Assembly: GCA_030770535.1 (NCBI GenBank)
Contig: JASVEC010000166.1
Coordinates: 1 to 38,110, forward strand
Reading direction: 5' to 3'
DNA length: 38,110 nucleotides
Origin: Batkoa obscura
Taxonomy: Eukaryota
Shown: piece by piece, positions 11,150 to 23,322 of the stretch
Layout: every line of letters starts with the position of its first letter
How positions within the stretch are numbered: the first letter of the stretch is position 1
The notes under the pieces: generated by a model
The model's database searches: none
Told to the model about the DNA's origin: nothing
What the model saw: the letters and a program-made list of their open reading frames with translations, nothing else
Translations under genes and position numbers: made by a program

Positions 11150-12422
11150 TTGAATTTGGGAAATAAAAAGTTTGCTATTTTTTTAAATTTTTTGATTAAT
11201 TTTTCGAAATGAAAAATAGCCAATGAAAATTCAAGCTAATTTCTGACAATTATTTTCAAAAATCAGAATCTTAAAGCACAAGGACCTAAATAGGAGTTTA
11301 TCAATGAATAGAAAAAGAAAATAGCCTGAAAAAGATGTAAAACTATTTTTTAATTTAAAAATTTGACAACCTTATTTCATTATATAATAAACGGTAAAGA
11401 CTAAAAATAGCAATATTATATAGAGCAATTGCATCTTTTTATAGTTATACATTTTATTTGAAACCAACGTTTGTGGTCAAAGGAAATAAAGTATTAGGCT
11501 TAAAATAGATCCACAAGTAAAACTAATTTCTTTTAACTCTTAGAAAAATTCACTTCAATATCAAGCGTATAATAAATAAAGCTAATATATTAGATGTTAC
11601 GCTAAATTCCAAAACTCTTTTCAACTGTCGTTTTCTAATCATAAAAAGTCTCTTAACCTACCCCTTCTCATTAGTTTCAATCACTAAATCACACTCGAGT
11701 CATTAGATGACCGGTTATATATTACATAATAGCTTATATATTCTACTTAATCAGTTGTTGATGGGGTCTATAAAACTGCCAACTGGGAAAAACGCTTCCA
11801 GAATCCACTCTCTAACTGCCTTGTTTGTGATTTGTTTATGAAGGTCACCTTCACCATTTCTACAATTCTCATCTCTCTAAAGATCCTTGAATTAAACCTC
11901 AGGACCAGTTACTCTTGATATTCCTCTTCCCATTATTCATGTCATGAACAACCCATCCGATTTCGGTCTCATTACACCCTCAATTCCTCCTCACATCTTC
12001 TACATGGTTGTTGTATCAATATTTCTCTCAATAACGGGTTTTTGTATCAACAAAAGCTCTGGATTTTCTTTCCCTACCCCATTATCACTTGTACCAGGTT
12101 TTGAATCTTTAATAATTGAGAAGCTCTCTTTACTCGTCCACTGGAAAAGTTCCAGAGTCAAAAAGTTTCCCTCTAAGTCTATAAGCTTATTAGATTGCCC
12201 TTATCTTTCTCTATCTATCTTTTCATTTTCTATGTTATTGAGGGCTTTAGATTTTTTCCTTACACACTACCATGGTCCCTTTAATATTCTTTTGGAAATG
12301 AAAACAGCACAGATTTGTCCTGAATTTATAGAGAAAAAATATTATGCTGAATTTATGTACCAATTTTATTTTAAGAAACTATAGTTTCTTTAAAGTTAAA
12401 ATAAATCTCAGATCTATGTAAA

Positions 12423-13376
12423 TCAACAGCTGAGATTACCTAGTGGAATGCCCCAAATTTCAAGGTGCGCATCTGGACTAGGGCGATACCACTCTTTATA
12501 AGAGCACTCAGGATCTTCTAAAAAAGAAGTGCTGCATAATTTAGTACTCATACCGTTTACCCAAAGTTCTTGCTGATGGTGGGTAAAGTTAATTATTTCA
12601 GCTGTGAGATGAGGTACTACATCGTTTGCATTAACAAATCTTCCAATAGTAAAACGATTTTGGTTGACAAACCTTGCAAAATTAGCATCTCCAATCCTCG
12701 GGGCACCATAGGTATACAGTCGAAGCTGGTTATCATTTAAATTTAATTCGCCTTTAAGCCTCAACGCCATCAAACTAGCAATTGCAGCTCCAAAGCTATG
12801 TCCAGTTACAACTACTTTATATTGAGGGTAAGAAGATAACATTAATCCTAGATTAGATGAAACAACAGGGAATAGAGCATCTGCCGCTTTTTTAAACCCA
12901 GCATGGACATTGTAAGATTTACCATCAAATGTCATTAGTGCTTTGCCAATTTGAACACTTAGTAACCAATTTTGCAAGTTAGAGTTGCCGCGAAACGAGA
13001 TAATAATTTCCTTACGCTTATTATTTATTGCAATATATCCTCTAGTTTCAGTAGCTCTATCTTCCAGTATTTTGATATCCTCAATTAAATCTTGGATTTT
13101 CATACAATGAGTACACTTCCAGTTTAGTACACTTTTATTAGAACAATAAGATGCACCCGCAAATCGGGCATAGATTTTCCCATCAGCTTCGTTTCCTGAT
13201 TGGATTAATGACTTCTCACTTATCCTCCTCCCTTGGCATCTGGGAGGTTGTATATTTTTGACCAACATTTCAAGACTTTGTTTAAACCGAATGAAATAAT
13301 CCTGCTCAGTAACATTTGCTGTTAATATATGGTTGGATGCTAATAGAGTGGTAAATATTGTCAAGATAAGTTTCAT
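12423..13376 (-). CDS. Secreted class 3 lipase (alpha/beta hydrolase)
   Basis: Signal peptide; motifs ASYC, IIISFRG, VHAGF, GHSFG nucleophile elbow, YTYGAPRIG and DVVPHL. Confidence 0.95.
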   Translation of the reverse strand: MKLILTIFTTLLASNHILTANVTEQDYFIRFKQSLEMLVKNIQPPRCQGRRISEKSLIQSGNEADGKIYARFAGASYCSNKSVLNWKCTHCMKIQDLIEDIKILEDRATETRGYIAINNKRKEIIISFRGNSNLQNWLLSVQIGKALMTFDGKSYNVHAGFKKAADALFPVVSSNLGLMLSSYPQYKVVVTGHSFGAAIASLMALRLKGELNLNDNQLRLYTYGAPRIGDANFARFVNQNRFTIGRFVNANDVVPHLTAEIINFTHHQQELWVNGMSTKLCSTSFLEDPECSYKEWYRPSPDAHLEIWGIPLGNLSC

Positions 13377-13759
13377 ATCTTAAATTAATAAATCTTTTTG
13401 AATATATTAATTTTATTTTATTTATAAGTTTCATCTTTATATCTATCTTGGATGTATAACTACCATTATTAGTAATTTTTAGCAAGTATTGGCCGTTTTT
13501 TCAATATGATAGTTTAATAGAAGAAGCTTTTTATAATATTTGATATATATGTTAATTTAATAATTAATAATCTGTTATTTAAAATCCATTCATGTTATTA
13601 TTAAGCTTCTTCTTAAGGATACGGAGAAGATTTTTTGGTATTATACATATAAGTCTGCCAAGATGGGTACCATACTAGTGTAGAAGAATCAGAACTTGAA
13701 GAAGTCTTGGTATTTGAAAAGTGGAAATTCATAATGGGGGAAATTTGTAATTTTTACAA

Positions 13760-13866
13760 AATGAGAGCGTTTTTTTCGGCCTCATCACTTTTTCCAGTTT
13801 TTAAACGCTATTTATTTGAGGGAAAAAATTATTAGTAAATTGGTAGATAAAAAATATATCCATATA
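13760..13866 (+). mobile_element. MITE-like element, copy D
   Basis: atgagagcgttttttt...catcactttttccag...aaacgctattta...ttagtaaa...aaaaaatatatccatata. Confidence 0.65.
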
Positions 13867-15227
13867 TATTAATTTGAAATAAATTGCGATATGTTTTTAT
13901 ACTAGTATTAAATCCTTATTTTTTTTTGCTCTTTAATGATCCTTTTGGTTATTTTTATCGAAATTTGAAAATGCTACTTCCTGTTATGACCGCCCTGTAT
14001 ACTCTTGAAGCAGACGAGCTATCAATATACTTTATTTGAAATAAAGGAATTTAAATTGAATATAACTTTCCCAAATTGAAAGCTAATCTAAGCGAGTTGG
14101 AATTCTCCCCTATTCTCACAATCCATGAAGCTGTTTGCTATTGCTACACTATCACTCCTACCTTTTAAAATTACCACTTTAATTCTGATTTCTTCTGTCT
14201 TGATAATAAAGCACTCAGGAGCTTTATTTCTTAAATGGATCTTAAAAAAAGGAAAAGATAAAAAATAAACCGAATTTAAAATGGCTAAGGATTGAGTAAA
14301 TGTATAGTATAGTACTTGAAAACTACAAAATTATTACAGAAGTCTGAACTTCAAATGTGCTGACTTTAGATTTTAGCAATTTAAACTTCATCACCCAAAG
14401 TTACGATTTATATAAAGATATTTGACTATTAAGTACATTACTTGCAGTTTTAGAAAGTTATAAAACAATTGTACAAGAGCTATATATATATGGATTCTAC
14501 CTTCCAAGCCTCATAGCTACGATAAAGGCCTAGGTAAAAAGCATAGAGAATACAAAAGCTTTTAGAAGTGACGCATATCTAGCAGGAGATATAGCAAAAG
14601 CGTCATTAGAACGATTGAAGTAGCTTAGCACCAAATCACAAACAAAAAAATAAAATTGTACTTTACTTTCTAATGTTGATTATTTTATTGATTATTTAAT
14701 GACTTTACTGTTGATAATACAAATGTATTTTACTAGTTGTTTATAAACTTTCATTTTAACTTTTATTTGCAATTATAAAATGCTAAATTGACTTTATAAT
14801 AAACTTTTTGTAATATTTATTCTAACAAAGTTAAGCTGTTTCAGTGCTACATATATAACTTTAAAAGGCGTTTATTTAATGATATCACAATAAACTTTAG
14901 CTGACTTATAATATCTAGAATTTTATTAAGAGTTTTGTTCAGTTGTTTTATCTTTATATATATTGTATTATATAAAAATATAAAAAGGATAGCGTAAAAG
15001 TTTAACAAGTATTGTAACTATAGATACACTTGGTGTAATTATGTCTAACAAAATCAATATAAAATTTTATATTTAATCATTTTTATCTACCATAACATTT
15101 TTGTTATGTGGCATAAAGAGATATTCAGGGAATTTTGTCTTACTAAAATATACAATTAAGTATAAACACAAGCTCAAAATGCCCAAGGTCAAGGTATACG
15201 CGAATTTGCTGTTTATAAGATATAGAA

Positions 15228-16001
15228 ATGAAATCCAAGCTTGTTTTAACTCTCCTTGGTATTGCCTTTGCTAGTAGAATATCATTTATAAATCCAGCTG
15301 TTCCTATCGTAGGTGGTAATGAAGTATCACCTAAATTTAAATATCTGTGGATGGTACCCATTACTGTTATGGATTTTCATACTCGAGGTGGTATTTTATA
15401 CAATAGAAACACGGTGGTTACAAATGCTCAGTTTTCTCTTGACGAAGGCATATAGTTGACTGCTCACGTACATCGTCATAATCTAGAGATATATGAGTCT
15501 TCTGAAAAGGGAAAGACTTATAATGTTTTAAAACATATTGTTCATTTGAAATATAAAAAAGACACTTATTCTTACGATGTTGCTATTTGGAAACTTGATG
15601 CACAATCAGAACCATCTACCGGTATAAAATTAAATGATGATAAATATTCAAATGCTGACAATACTCTTCTCAAAGTCATTGGTCGGGGTACTGATACATC
15701 CGAAACAAGTGAGACCTCATCAGCCCTTAATGAGGTTAAAGTCCCAGTATGTAATATTACCAAATGCAAGCAAGTGTATCCTAAATTAGATGCTGAATCT
15801 CAATTTTGTGCTGGATACCCAAAAGGAGGTAAATATGCATGGATAGGTGATTCTGGAGGCCCAATATTTATACAAGAAGGCTCAGATACAGTATTGGTTA
15901 GTACTATACCATGTGGCTATGATTGTGGTCGTGAAGGTTTTCTGGGTGTCTATACTCGTGCCTCTGCTATTACTGACTTTATTAAGGAGAACTCAAGTTG
16001 A
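15228..16001 (+). pseudogene. Trypsin-like (S1) secreted serine protease pseudogene
   Basis: Signal peptide, IVGG N-terminus, YDVAIWKL, FCAG, GDSGGP and GVYTR. It has an in-frame TAG at 15453-15455, the catalytic TAAHC motif reads TNAQF, and conserved Cys/Trp residues are lost (CGG to RGG, DxCQGDS to YAWIGDS, GWG to GRG). Confidence 0.9.
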
Positions 16002-16475
16002 TTTTACTATTAAATCCTAAATACGCCTTTATACAATATGTTTAAAAAAAAAAAACTTTCTTTATAAAAATATATCTATTTTAAAAAATAAAGCATTTTT
16101 GTTTTTTAAGTTTAAAAATTAAAATAGAGTATTAAGGAGTTTACACCCTTTTACTGATGTGAAAGTTAAAGTGCTCAGTTAAAATCACGAAGTTTTCTAG
16201 TTTATCGTAAGTTGAAATCTGAATATTAATATGACCAACTTCAAATCAAAGAAAAAACAATTGGGTAGCAGTATACCCTCTCAGTATTTTAAACCTAAAA
16301 AACATAGCCATCATTCTCGTCTTGTTTATGTTTATGTTTATTTAGTACATTTTTAATAAATAAGAGCGAAAAAAAGTTAAACCTTGGGTTTGTTTAACTC
16401 ATTAATTTTTAAATATTGCAAATAATAACGGATAAAAAAGGGACTCTTTTTATTGATTATATTATTCATATGCTT

Positions 16476-18377
16476 TTATAAATCTTTAGCAACCTGCTCC
16501 CAAATCTTGTATGGGTTAAAAGCAGTTTCTGCGTTATAAGCTCTGTGATGTTTAGCTGGATTCCAAGTGAATTCCAATGGACGAGGCTCCTTAAATCTAG
16601 AAGAATAAGCCTCTCTAACAGTGAGACTGAGAGCACCATTAATTGGAAGTGATTGTGGAGCAGCTGGATCTTTATCTAGTCCTGAAGATGCTAAACTACC
16701 TAAAAGCCTATCGAGGGAGTAAACAGTGCCGCCAGCAAGGGAACCAATAGTAGCATCTTTATTTTTAAGGCCGCCAAAAGCATAACTCTTGACATTATGA
16801 AATTCTTGCATACCGTTACTTAAAAGGGTACAAGTAGAATAACAGATAGAGTTCGAAACTAAAGCAATATTTTTAGTTTTAAATGGTTGAGTATTATTAA
16901 CTAATAGAGAGCGTAATTGATTGGTACCGCATTTTTCTTGGAATTGTGGAGTGTATTGGCTATTTCTATTAGTACCACGATAGTATGTCTTGATATTAGT
17001 AAAGGCATTTTGGGAAGGAAATGGTTTACCATCGGGTTGATTATAATCAGTTGGATTAAAGAAGCCATACGTATTATTTTGGGTGAGTTTAGAAAGTAAT
17101 GGAGAATAATGCATATCGGTATTAAAAAACTTAGTAGTTGCATTTGGGAAGAGATAATCTAGCACACTATAACCCCAGCAGATATAACCACCACCATTGT
17201 TACTTACATCTAAGATCAATTTTTCTACTTTCTCATCCTGAAGTGCTTTAAAACCATCATGAAGTTCTTTTGACCATATATCTCCTTCGTTTGCTGAAAA
17301 GGTAGAAATGTGAACAACACCTACATTATCAGGTAAAATATAAGTTTTAATATAGGTACCATCAACTACAGCAGTTAAAAGAGGATCAATCAATCTAGAG
17401 TCTTTAGATTCAAGTGGTGCTTCGATTGGAATTTTTTTGACTTTGGGTACTTCTAATAATTGAAGCCTACTATTACTCCCAAAAATATCTTTTATGAGAG
17501 CATCGTAATCAACCACAGCACAATTGTTATCATAAAATGACTTGGCATCAGTAAATGGACTTTCTACATTTGGAGTAGCAATATAAGGTACAACTATTCC
17601 TTTTTCATTATTACCAACACGAATTCTAAAAGTTAAAGTTTCTTTAACTGGCGGAATAGTAGTAGAACCAAAGCTACCATAACTAATACCCCACTGACCA
17701 TTACTTTGAATGGAACGTGCAAGCGCATAATTCATACGAGAGTTAACATCTCTTGATGTACCAACATAATGTTTGGCGTACTCTTCGACAAATTCGAGTG
17801 GTTGTTTACCATCAATCGATAATACTTCAGCACCAGCATAGCTTAACACATCTACACCAGCGGCTTTCCAAGCATCAAGAAGAGATTGACTATATTGCAA
17901 ACCTTGAGGGATCTTAACTCGGATTTCTCCCCATTTACCTTCTTCTGGGTATAATGGGAATGGTTGTCTGAATACGAAACTGGAAAAACAATTGGAAGTA
18001 TATGTGGTATGGCCATCTTCTAAAGAGTTGAAAAACTTAACAATAGAAACTTGGAAATCACGTTCAGTATCATATTTTTTAGATAAGACTTTGTTCAATT
18101 CAGCTTCAATATCAATATAACTAGGCACTTTTGGATCAGGGGATCTTTTAGCAATATCGACAAAAGCATAGAAAGGAAGGATCTTTTTTAAAGTATCTGA
18201 AACACCATCACGTACTTTATTAGTTAGTTCAAAGTTGTCATAACAAGCAAGTGCATCTTTATAACCAATTACTGATTTGCTAGCTATCTTTGCACAGGGA
18301 TCTGTAGTTTTAGTGTTATTTTGACCAGATACCAAAGCAGCAAATAGAGTTATCAACGAGAGAAAATTGAGTTGCAT
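16476..18377 (-). CDS. Secreted S41-family (CPAF/tail-specific protease-like) peptidase, intact copy
   Basis: Signal peptide; LEDGHT (His); PDZ-like AEVLSIDG; VGVVHISTF, LILDVSNNGGG and CYSTC (putative catalytic Ser); intronless, 633 aa. Confidence 0.85.
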   Translation of the reverse strand: MQLNFLSLITLFAALVSGQNNTKTTDPCAKIASKSVIGYKDALACYDNFELTNKVRDGVSDTLKKILPFYAFVDIAKRSPDPKVPSYIDIEAELNKVLSKKYDTERDFQVSIVKFFNSLEDGHTTYTSNCFSSFVFRQPFPLYPEEGKWGEIRVKIPQGLQYSQSLLDAWKAAGVDVLSYAGAEVLSIDGKQPLEFVEEYAKHYVGTSRDVNSRMNYALARSIQSNGQWGISYGSFGSTTIPPVKETLTFRIRVGNNEKGIVVPYIATPNVESPFTDAKSFYDNNCAVVDYDALIKDIFGSNSRLQLLEVPKVKKIPIEAPLESKDSRLIDPLLTAVVDGTYIKTYILPDNVGVVHISTFSANEGDIWSKELHDGFKALQDEKVEKLILDVSNNGGGYICWGYSVLDYLFPNATTKFFNTDMHYSPLLSKLTQNNTYGFFNPTDYNQPDGKPFPSQNAFTNIKTYYRGTNRNSQYTPQFQEKCGTNQLRSLLVNNTQPFKTKNIALVSNSICYSTCTLLSNGMQEFHNVKSYAFGGLKNKDATIGSLAGGTVYSLDRLLGSLASSGLDKDPAAPQSLPINGALSLTVREAYSSRFKEPRPLEFTWNPAKHHRAYNAETAFNPYKIWEQVAKDL

Positions 18378-18436
18378 AGTATTAAATGAATATTTGTTTT
18401 TTTCTATAATTTTATAACATCCTTACCATATTTTGC

Positions 18437-18738
18437 TTGCTTTATATACCTATTTTACAAGAAGCTTGCTTATAACACTAATTTATAATACTTATTTTTA
18501 TTGCTATAATCTTCAAAAAACTTAAGCTTAGTAAGTAATTTTTACCATACCTACATTATTGTTCTTTAGTATTTTTTGAACTTTTAGTTGCTTTACATAC
18601 CCAGTTTACAAGAAAGTTGCTTATATTATTAATATATGATAATTATTTTTGTTACCATAATATTTGAAAAACTTAAATCTTGATAACAACTTTTATGATT
18701 ACATTATTCTTCAGTGTTTTTTTGGATTTTGTTTTTAG
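18437..18738. repeat. Degenerate ~151 bp tandem duplication in the peptidase promoter
   Basis: ttgctttatatacctattttacaagaagcttgcttata at 18437 versus ttgctttacatacccagtttacaagaaagttgcttata at 18588; the units stay colinear to ...tacattatt...ttttag. Mirrored at 35532-35833. Confidence 0.8.
18441..18448 (-). promoter_or_regulatory. Putative TATA box (TATATAAA) ~65 bp upstream of the peptidase ATG
   Basis: Consensus match at a plausible distance; the same element is at 35822-35829 on +. The AT-rich background lowers specificity. Confidence 0.45.
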
Positions 18739-20138
18739 TTTATTTATTAAAAAAGTATATACATTTATTTTTAAGTTTAAAAAACTTTTGGGTAAAATAT
18801 TATTTATTACAATTTTATTCATTACAATTGTTGTTTATTTTTAATACTATTATGATATTATTTGGGAACATATAATAGTAATGTAAAGATATTAATACAC
18901 ATTAAAAAAAGATAACGTTTAATAAATGATGTTACAATCATATATTATCACCTAATAATACTGATTAAATTTACAATCATAAAGTCTGTTAATATTTAGT
19001 AAAATTATACTAATGTACATTTTGAGAGTATTATTTATTTTGGTTTAAAATCACTCAATAAACTTTGGTATAATCGATTTCTAGTTCACATTACAAATTA
19101 GTTGACTACGTTACTCGAATTAATTCATGAGTTATTCTTGAGTTAACACAAGTATCCATTTAATACATAATAAAGAGAATAAATTATAGTATCATACCAA
19201 TGTTCGAAATCGAGCTTTAAGTTGTTACTTTTCTTACTATCAAAGATTGTGTGAAGGAGATAGTTAAGTCTCTGACTATAAACTCTGAGACAAATATTAA
19301 TCGTTACTTAGCTTTAGTTTGAAAACTAATAAAGCATAGTAAAAGTCAATATATATATAATTAGTGTAATTGAGTACCAATGACATCTACCCGATAAATA
19401 TAACGGAATAGTATAATAAACTTTTTTCCTTAAAGAACACTATAATATAATCTAGATTCTTATTATAAAATAAAAATAAGCTTAAATTTATAATAATTAA
19501 TAAAGTTTAAAACTGATTTTATTTCACTGCACCTCACTTATATTTATTATTTTTTACATAATTGTATACCGGATTCTATTTGGTCTAAATATTAAAAGCG
19601 ATTTAGTTTACAGGCTATAAAAATATCAAGGAAAGTAGCTTTTATGATAAAGTACACCAAACTAACCTATCATATTATAATAATACTATTCGATATTTTT
19701 TTTCATCATATTTGTAATAAGTCTCTTGATCAACCTTTATAGTCCTGTTAGCCTACCAACGCCTATAATACATCTTTGCGAAAAAATATATATTTAACCA
19801 GTGGGACACTAAGTATTTCCAATCGATTAAATTTAGTTCTTTTAATTTACTAGTCAAATATTAAAAGCTATGGGAAATATATCACTATTTTTGCTTTAAA
19901 GAGCTAACTATGATTATACTTTTCAAAAGTCAGTATGTTCTAAAGGTTAACTATAGGTCTTTTCTTTTAATGTATGTTGAATTTTAAAGTTTATTGTATA
20001 CTTTTTAAATGTCTTGGCAAATAAATTACTTCTAATTATTAGTAAAATCCTTAAATCCTTAAATACATCCTCATCTAACACTTTTGTTATATAGCTGATT
20101 TTTCAAAAGGCTAATGTTTTTTGATTTGATGTAAAATA

Positions 20139-20242
20139 TATGGGGGTGTATTTTTATGTTTAAAAATTTTACTAATAAAGTTTCCGCTTAAATAGTACTT
20201 AAAGAGTGGAAAAAGTAATGAAGCTAAAAAAATATCCCCATA
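20139..20242 (-). mobile_element. MITE-like element, copy E
   Basis: Clear inverted ends aatatatgggg...ccccatatatt; core ttttactaat...ttccgcttaaatagtacttaaagagtggaaaaagt. Confidence 0.8.
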
Positions 20243-20670
20243 TATTGTATTAAACTTCATATTAATAAATATTCTGGGTCAAATAGAAGTTCTTAAATTT
20301 GCTAGATAGGCTACTACTTATATTGATGATAACAGTTTACATTCCTTTTAGAAATTGAAGTCTTAGTATATAACACTGCTAAATATAAGTAGATATAGTC
20401 TAAATTACATATTAAACCCCAGTTTTATGCCACAGATAAAAAAGAGTTAAAGGTTTGTGCTAAGTTGATACTGGTGATCAAGCATTTATCGAACAAAGTT
20501 CACCATCAGTACCCGCTGATATTGTCTTAAGGAGTATAAGTTGTGTTAGAGACTACCTCAGAATATATAATCCTATCTCAGCTATTTTTGATTTCTAGAA
20601 AGAATTTGGTTAACATTAGCATTACATTTTAGATGTAGTTCTTTCAAACATTTTCTAAAAAGGAGCATCA

Positions 20671-20757
20671 TATGGGAATACTTTTTTGGTTTTGTTTTTC
20701 CATTTTTTAAGTGCTATTTGAGCAGAAAGATTGTTAACAAAATTCTTGAATAAGCAC
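20671..20757 (+). mobile_element. MITE-like element, copy F (truncated)
   Basis: tatgggaatacttttttgg...ccattttttaagtgctatttgagcagaaagattgttaacaaaattcttgaa. Confidence 0.65.
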
Positions 20758-23322
20758 TTTTGTTTTCTAAGAAAATTTCTTGTAGTATAGTTTATACATA
20801 TATTTTGAAATGTCTTCATTAAAGTATATGAAGATAATGAATAGGTTTTAAAAAATGTTGGTTATCAATTTATTAAAGACATATGCTTCAGAAACTACCT
20901 ATTATGACAAAAAGAGTTCACAATTTAACTATAATGCTAACAATATTTACAAGAACTGAATAGCTCGATTTAAAATAGAGAGCTGAATTAACAGCGTTTA
21001 AGCATGTTTATCAAAGCACAAAGAGACTATCATAAAATAATTAAACTCCACTAAAAAAGGCAAACCAAAAGAGTGAATTGGAGTAGTAATACACTTTTTG
21101 TTAGTATAAGCGCAAAAGCGAATTCTTTGTACTAAGAACTTGTTAAGTCATTTTATGTTCAATAAATACCATTGCTTTTAGTCAAAGTCACAAATACTAT
21201 TTCCCACCTTTCATCAAACCTTAATTATTACCATCACATGTTTTCATAAAAACATAAATGAGAAGGGGGCATTTAGGGCTATATGAAATAAGCGGTATAT
21301 AGTTTTATATAATAAAGGGTATTCGTCCATTATTAAAACTTGAAGATACCACAGATGGATTGACAAAATGGGTTGAAATTTGTTAAAACATAGTCATAAA
21401 CTCAGTTGAAAAAACTTTGTGTTTGTCAAACTATTAGCTAAATAATAAACTTAGAACAATGTAAAAGTTCTATCTTTACATAATATTATTTGTTAACATA
21501 AGAAAACCTCGATACAGAAATTCAACCATTATTAAAAAACTTTAAATCTTAAATTAAATATAACTATAATTTCAATTTTATACCATTCTGGCAAAAATAT
21601 TTGATCAGGTGTCCCTCTTTTTTTAAACCTGTTATTCTTAAGCACTTGATTTAATCAACAGTTTTTGCACCATATTTTTACCAGGCTCTTACGCATTCAC
21701 TTTAAGCCGATGTTAACTGTTAGACTAAATTGGTCTTAGTGAAAAAAGCTAGATTATTTTATTTACAATGACCAAAATTTTCATAGCGTGGTTGAAATCG
21801 TATACTATCAGGGACTTCTCTTAGAATCATCTATAAAGAGATAATATGTCAAAACAATGATATTTCAAGTATGATTGCAATTTATAGTTAATTGTAATTT
21901 ATGATTAGTCACATTTAAATTATTAAATGTCTTCTCGATCGTTATTATAATTTGAGAATTGATTATTCTTATGAGATTCGGGATTTTGTGCAACTAATTT
22001 ATCCACAATGATATCCTTCTCTTCTTTGAGTTTATAAACTGTGTCAAGAAAATTGTTAAAAGGCCTATTCGAAAGAAGTTTAGAGACTCAAAAGAAAAAA
22101 AAGATGAAATAGTAAAGATTAATGTTATAAAATCCAATTTCTTACATTATAAACCTCATTTTATTGAAGTCTTACTTTTGTTTTTTATTGGCGTATTTAA
22201 TAATTATTATATTTAATATAAATAGCTACATTTAGAATCCTTTTAATTTACTAAAATTTGAAGTTTAAACATTATGAAAAAACACTTCTAACTAGAACTT
22301 AATATAACAATTTCTGATCGTTTTTTATAAATGGTCAATACCCTGTGTTTAAAATAAAATAAATATTACATGTCATATCAGTATGATGATCAAGGTCTTC
22401 ATTTATAATTTTTGCCTAAACCCAATTTATTTCGGCTTAAAAATTGAACATTTATTGAAATAAGCCCAGTTATAGAAACAAAGTATGATATAACTCAAGT
22501 TAAACTAATATCAATTAGTTTCCAGCTGAAACGAAGGTTATAACTATAAACAATTTTAATCTTTTGGTTTGGATATTACTATAGTATCTAATTGATAATA
22601 TAGTTTATTTAATTACCTACCACTCTATATACAGATTAACCGAAATTCATAAATATAATATAATTAGAATAGAAGTATATATTTGGCAGCTATAATAATA
22701 AGCTGGGCTATTTTTATAAAATTAATGAATCAAAAGCGCGTCCGATTTCTAAATATGGTAGACAAAATACTTTAAATATAAAATGATTTCATAACGTATT
22801 ATTCCTTGGCGCTGACTCCTTTTAATTAGATTATAGTTCTTTGAGGTTTTAACAATATTATAAATAATCAATAAAATTGTGAAAATTACTCAGTTCTTTT
22901 ATCGTATAAATAAGCATTTACTTGACATACTCGGGGAAAGTCAGATACATTTTTTAAAAGACAGAATGTGGACAACATTGTGGCTGAGTTATATATAGCT
23001 TAAAGTTTCTTGTCACATTATTAATCCAACTATTTTGATACCAAAAGTAGTTGGGTGAACTAAATTTAAGTCATTTTAAGCACAAAATGATAAAAGTACA
23101 AGAATAAATTTAATTGGCTGTTCTATTAATAATTTAGCATTTTCACAATAAATTTTTATTTGGTAAAAAATTTGAATCCATTTCTTTCTTAAAATTAAAC
23201 CTTCATCTTCCTTAAGATTTTATCTCTAGTAATTTAATTCATTTAAATAGACCTATTTTTTCATCCTTAGATGAATCAGCTCTAAATATTTTTTTACCTC
23301 ATCCTGTTTATATCTAATTATC

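Larger units (their letters stand above)
17564..19656. repeat. Left arm of near-identical ~2.1 kb inverted repeat (partner 34614-36706)
   Basis: 18378-19656 is the reverse complement of 34614-35892 (both 1279 bp; I found two substitutions by eye). Near-identity continues ~810 nt into the coding region. Confidence 0.95.

Noticed and set aside
13640..14640. Mildly GC-richer patches that might be TE or gene relics
   Set aside because: No recognisable motif or sustained reading frame.
15453..15455. Stop-codon read-through or alternative genetic code in the trypsin gene
   Set aside because: The catalytic His and disulfide Cys are also lost, and TAG serves as a normal stop for HER2.
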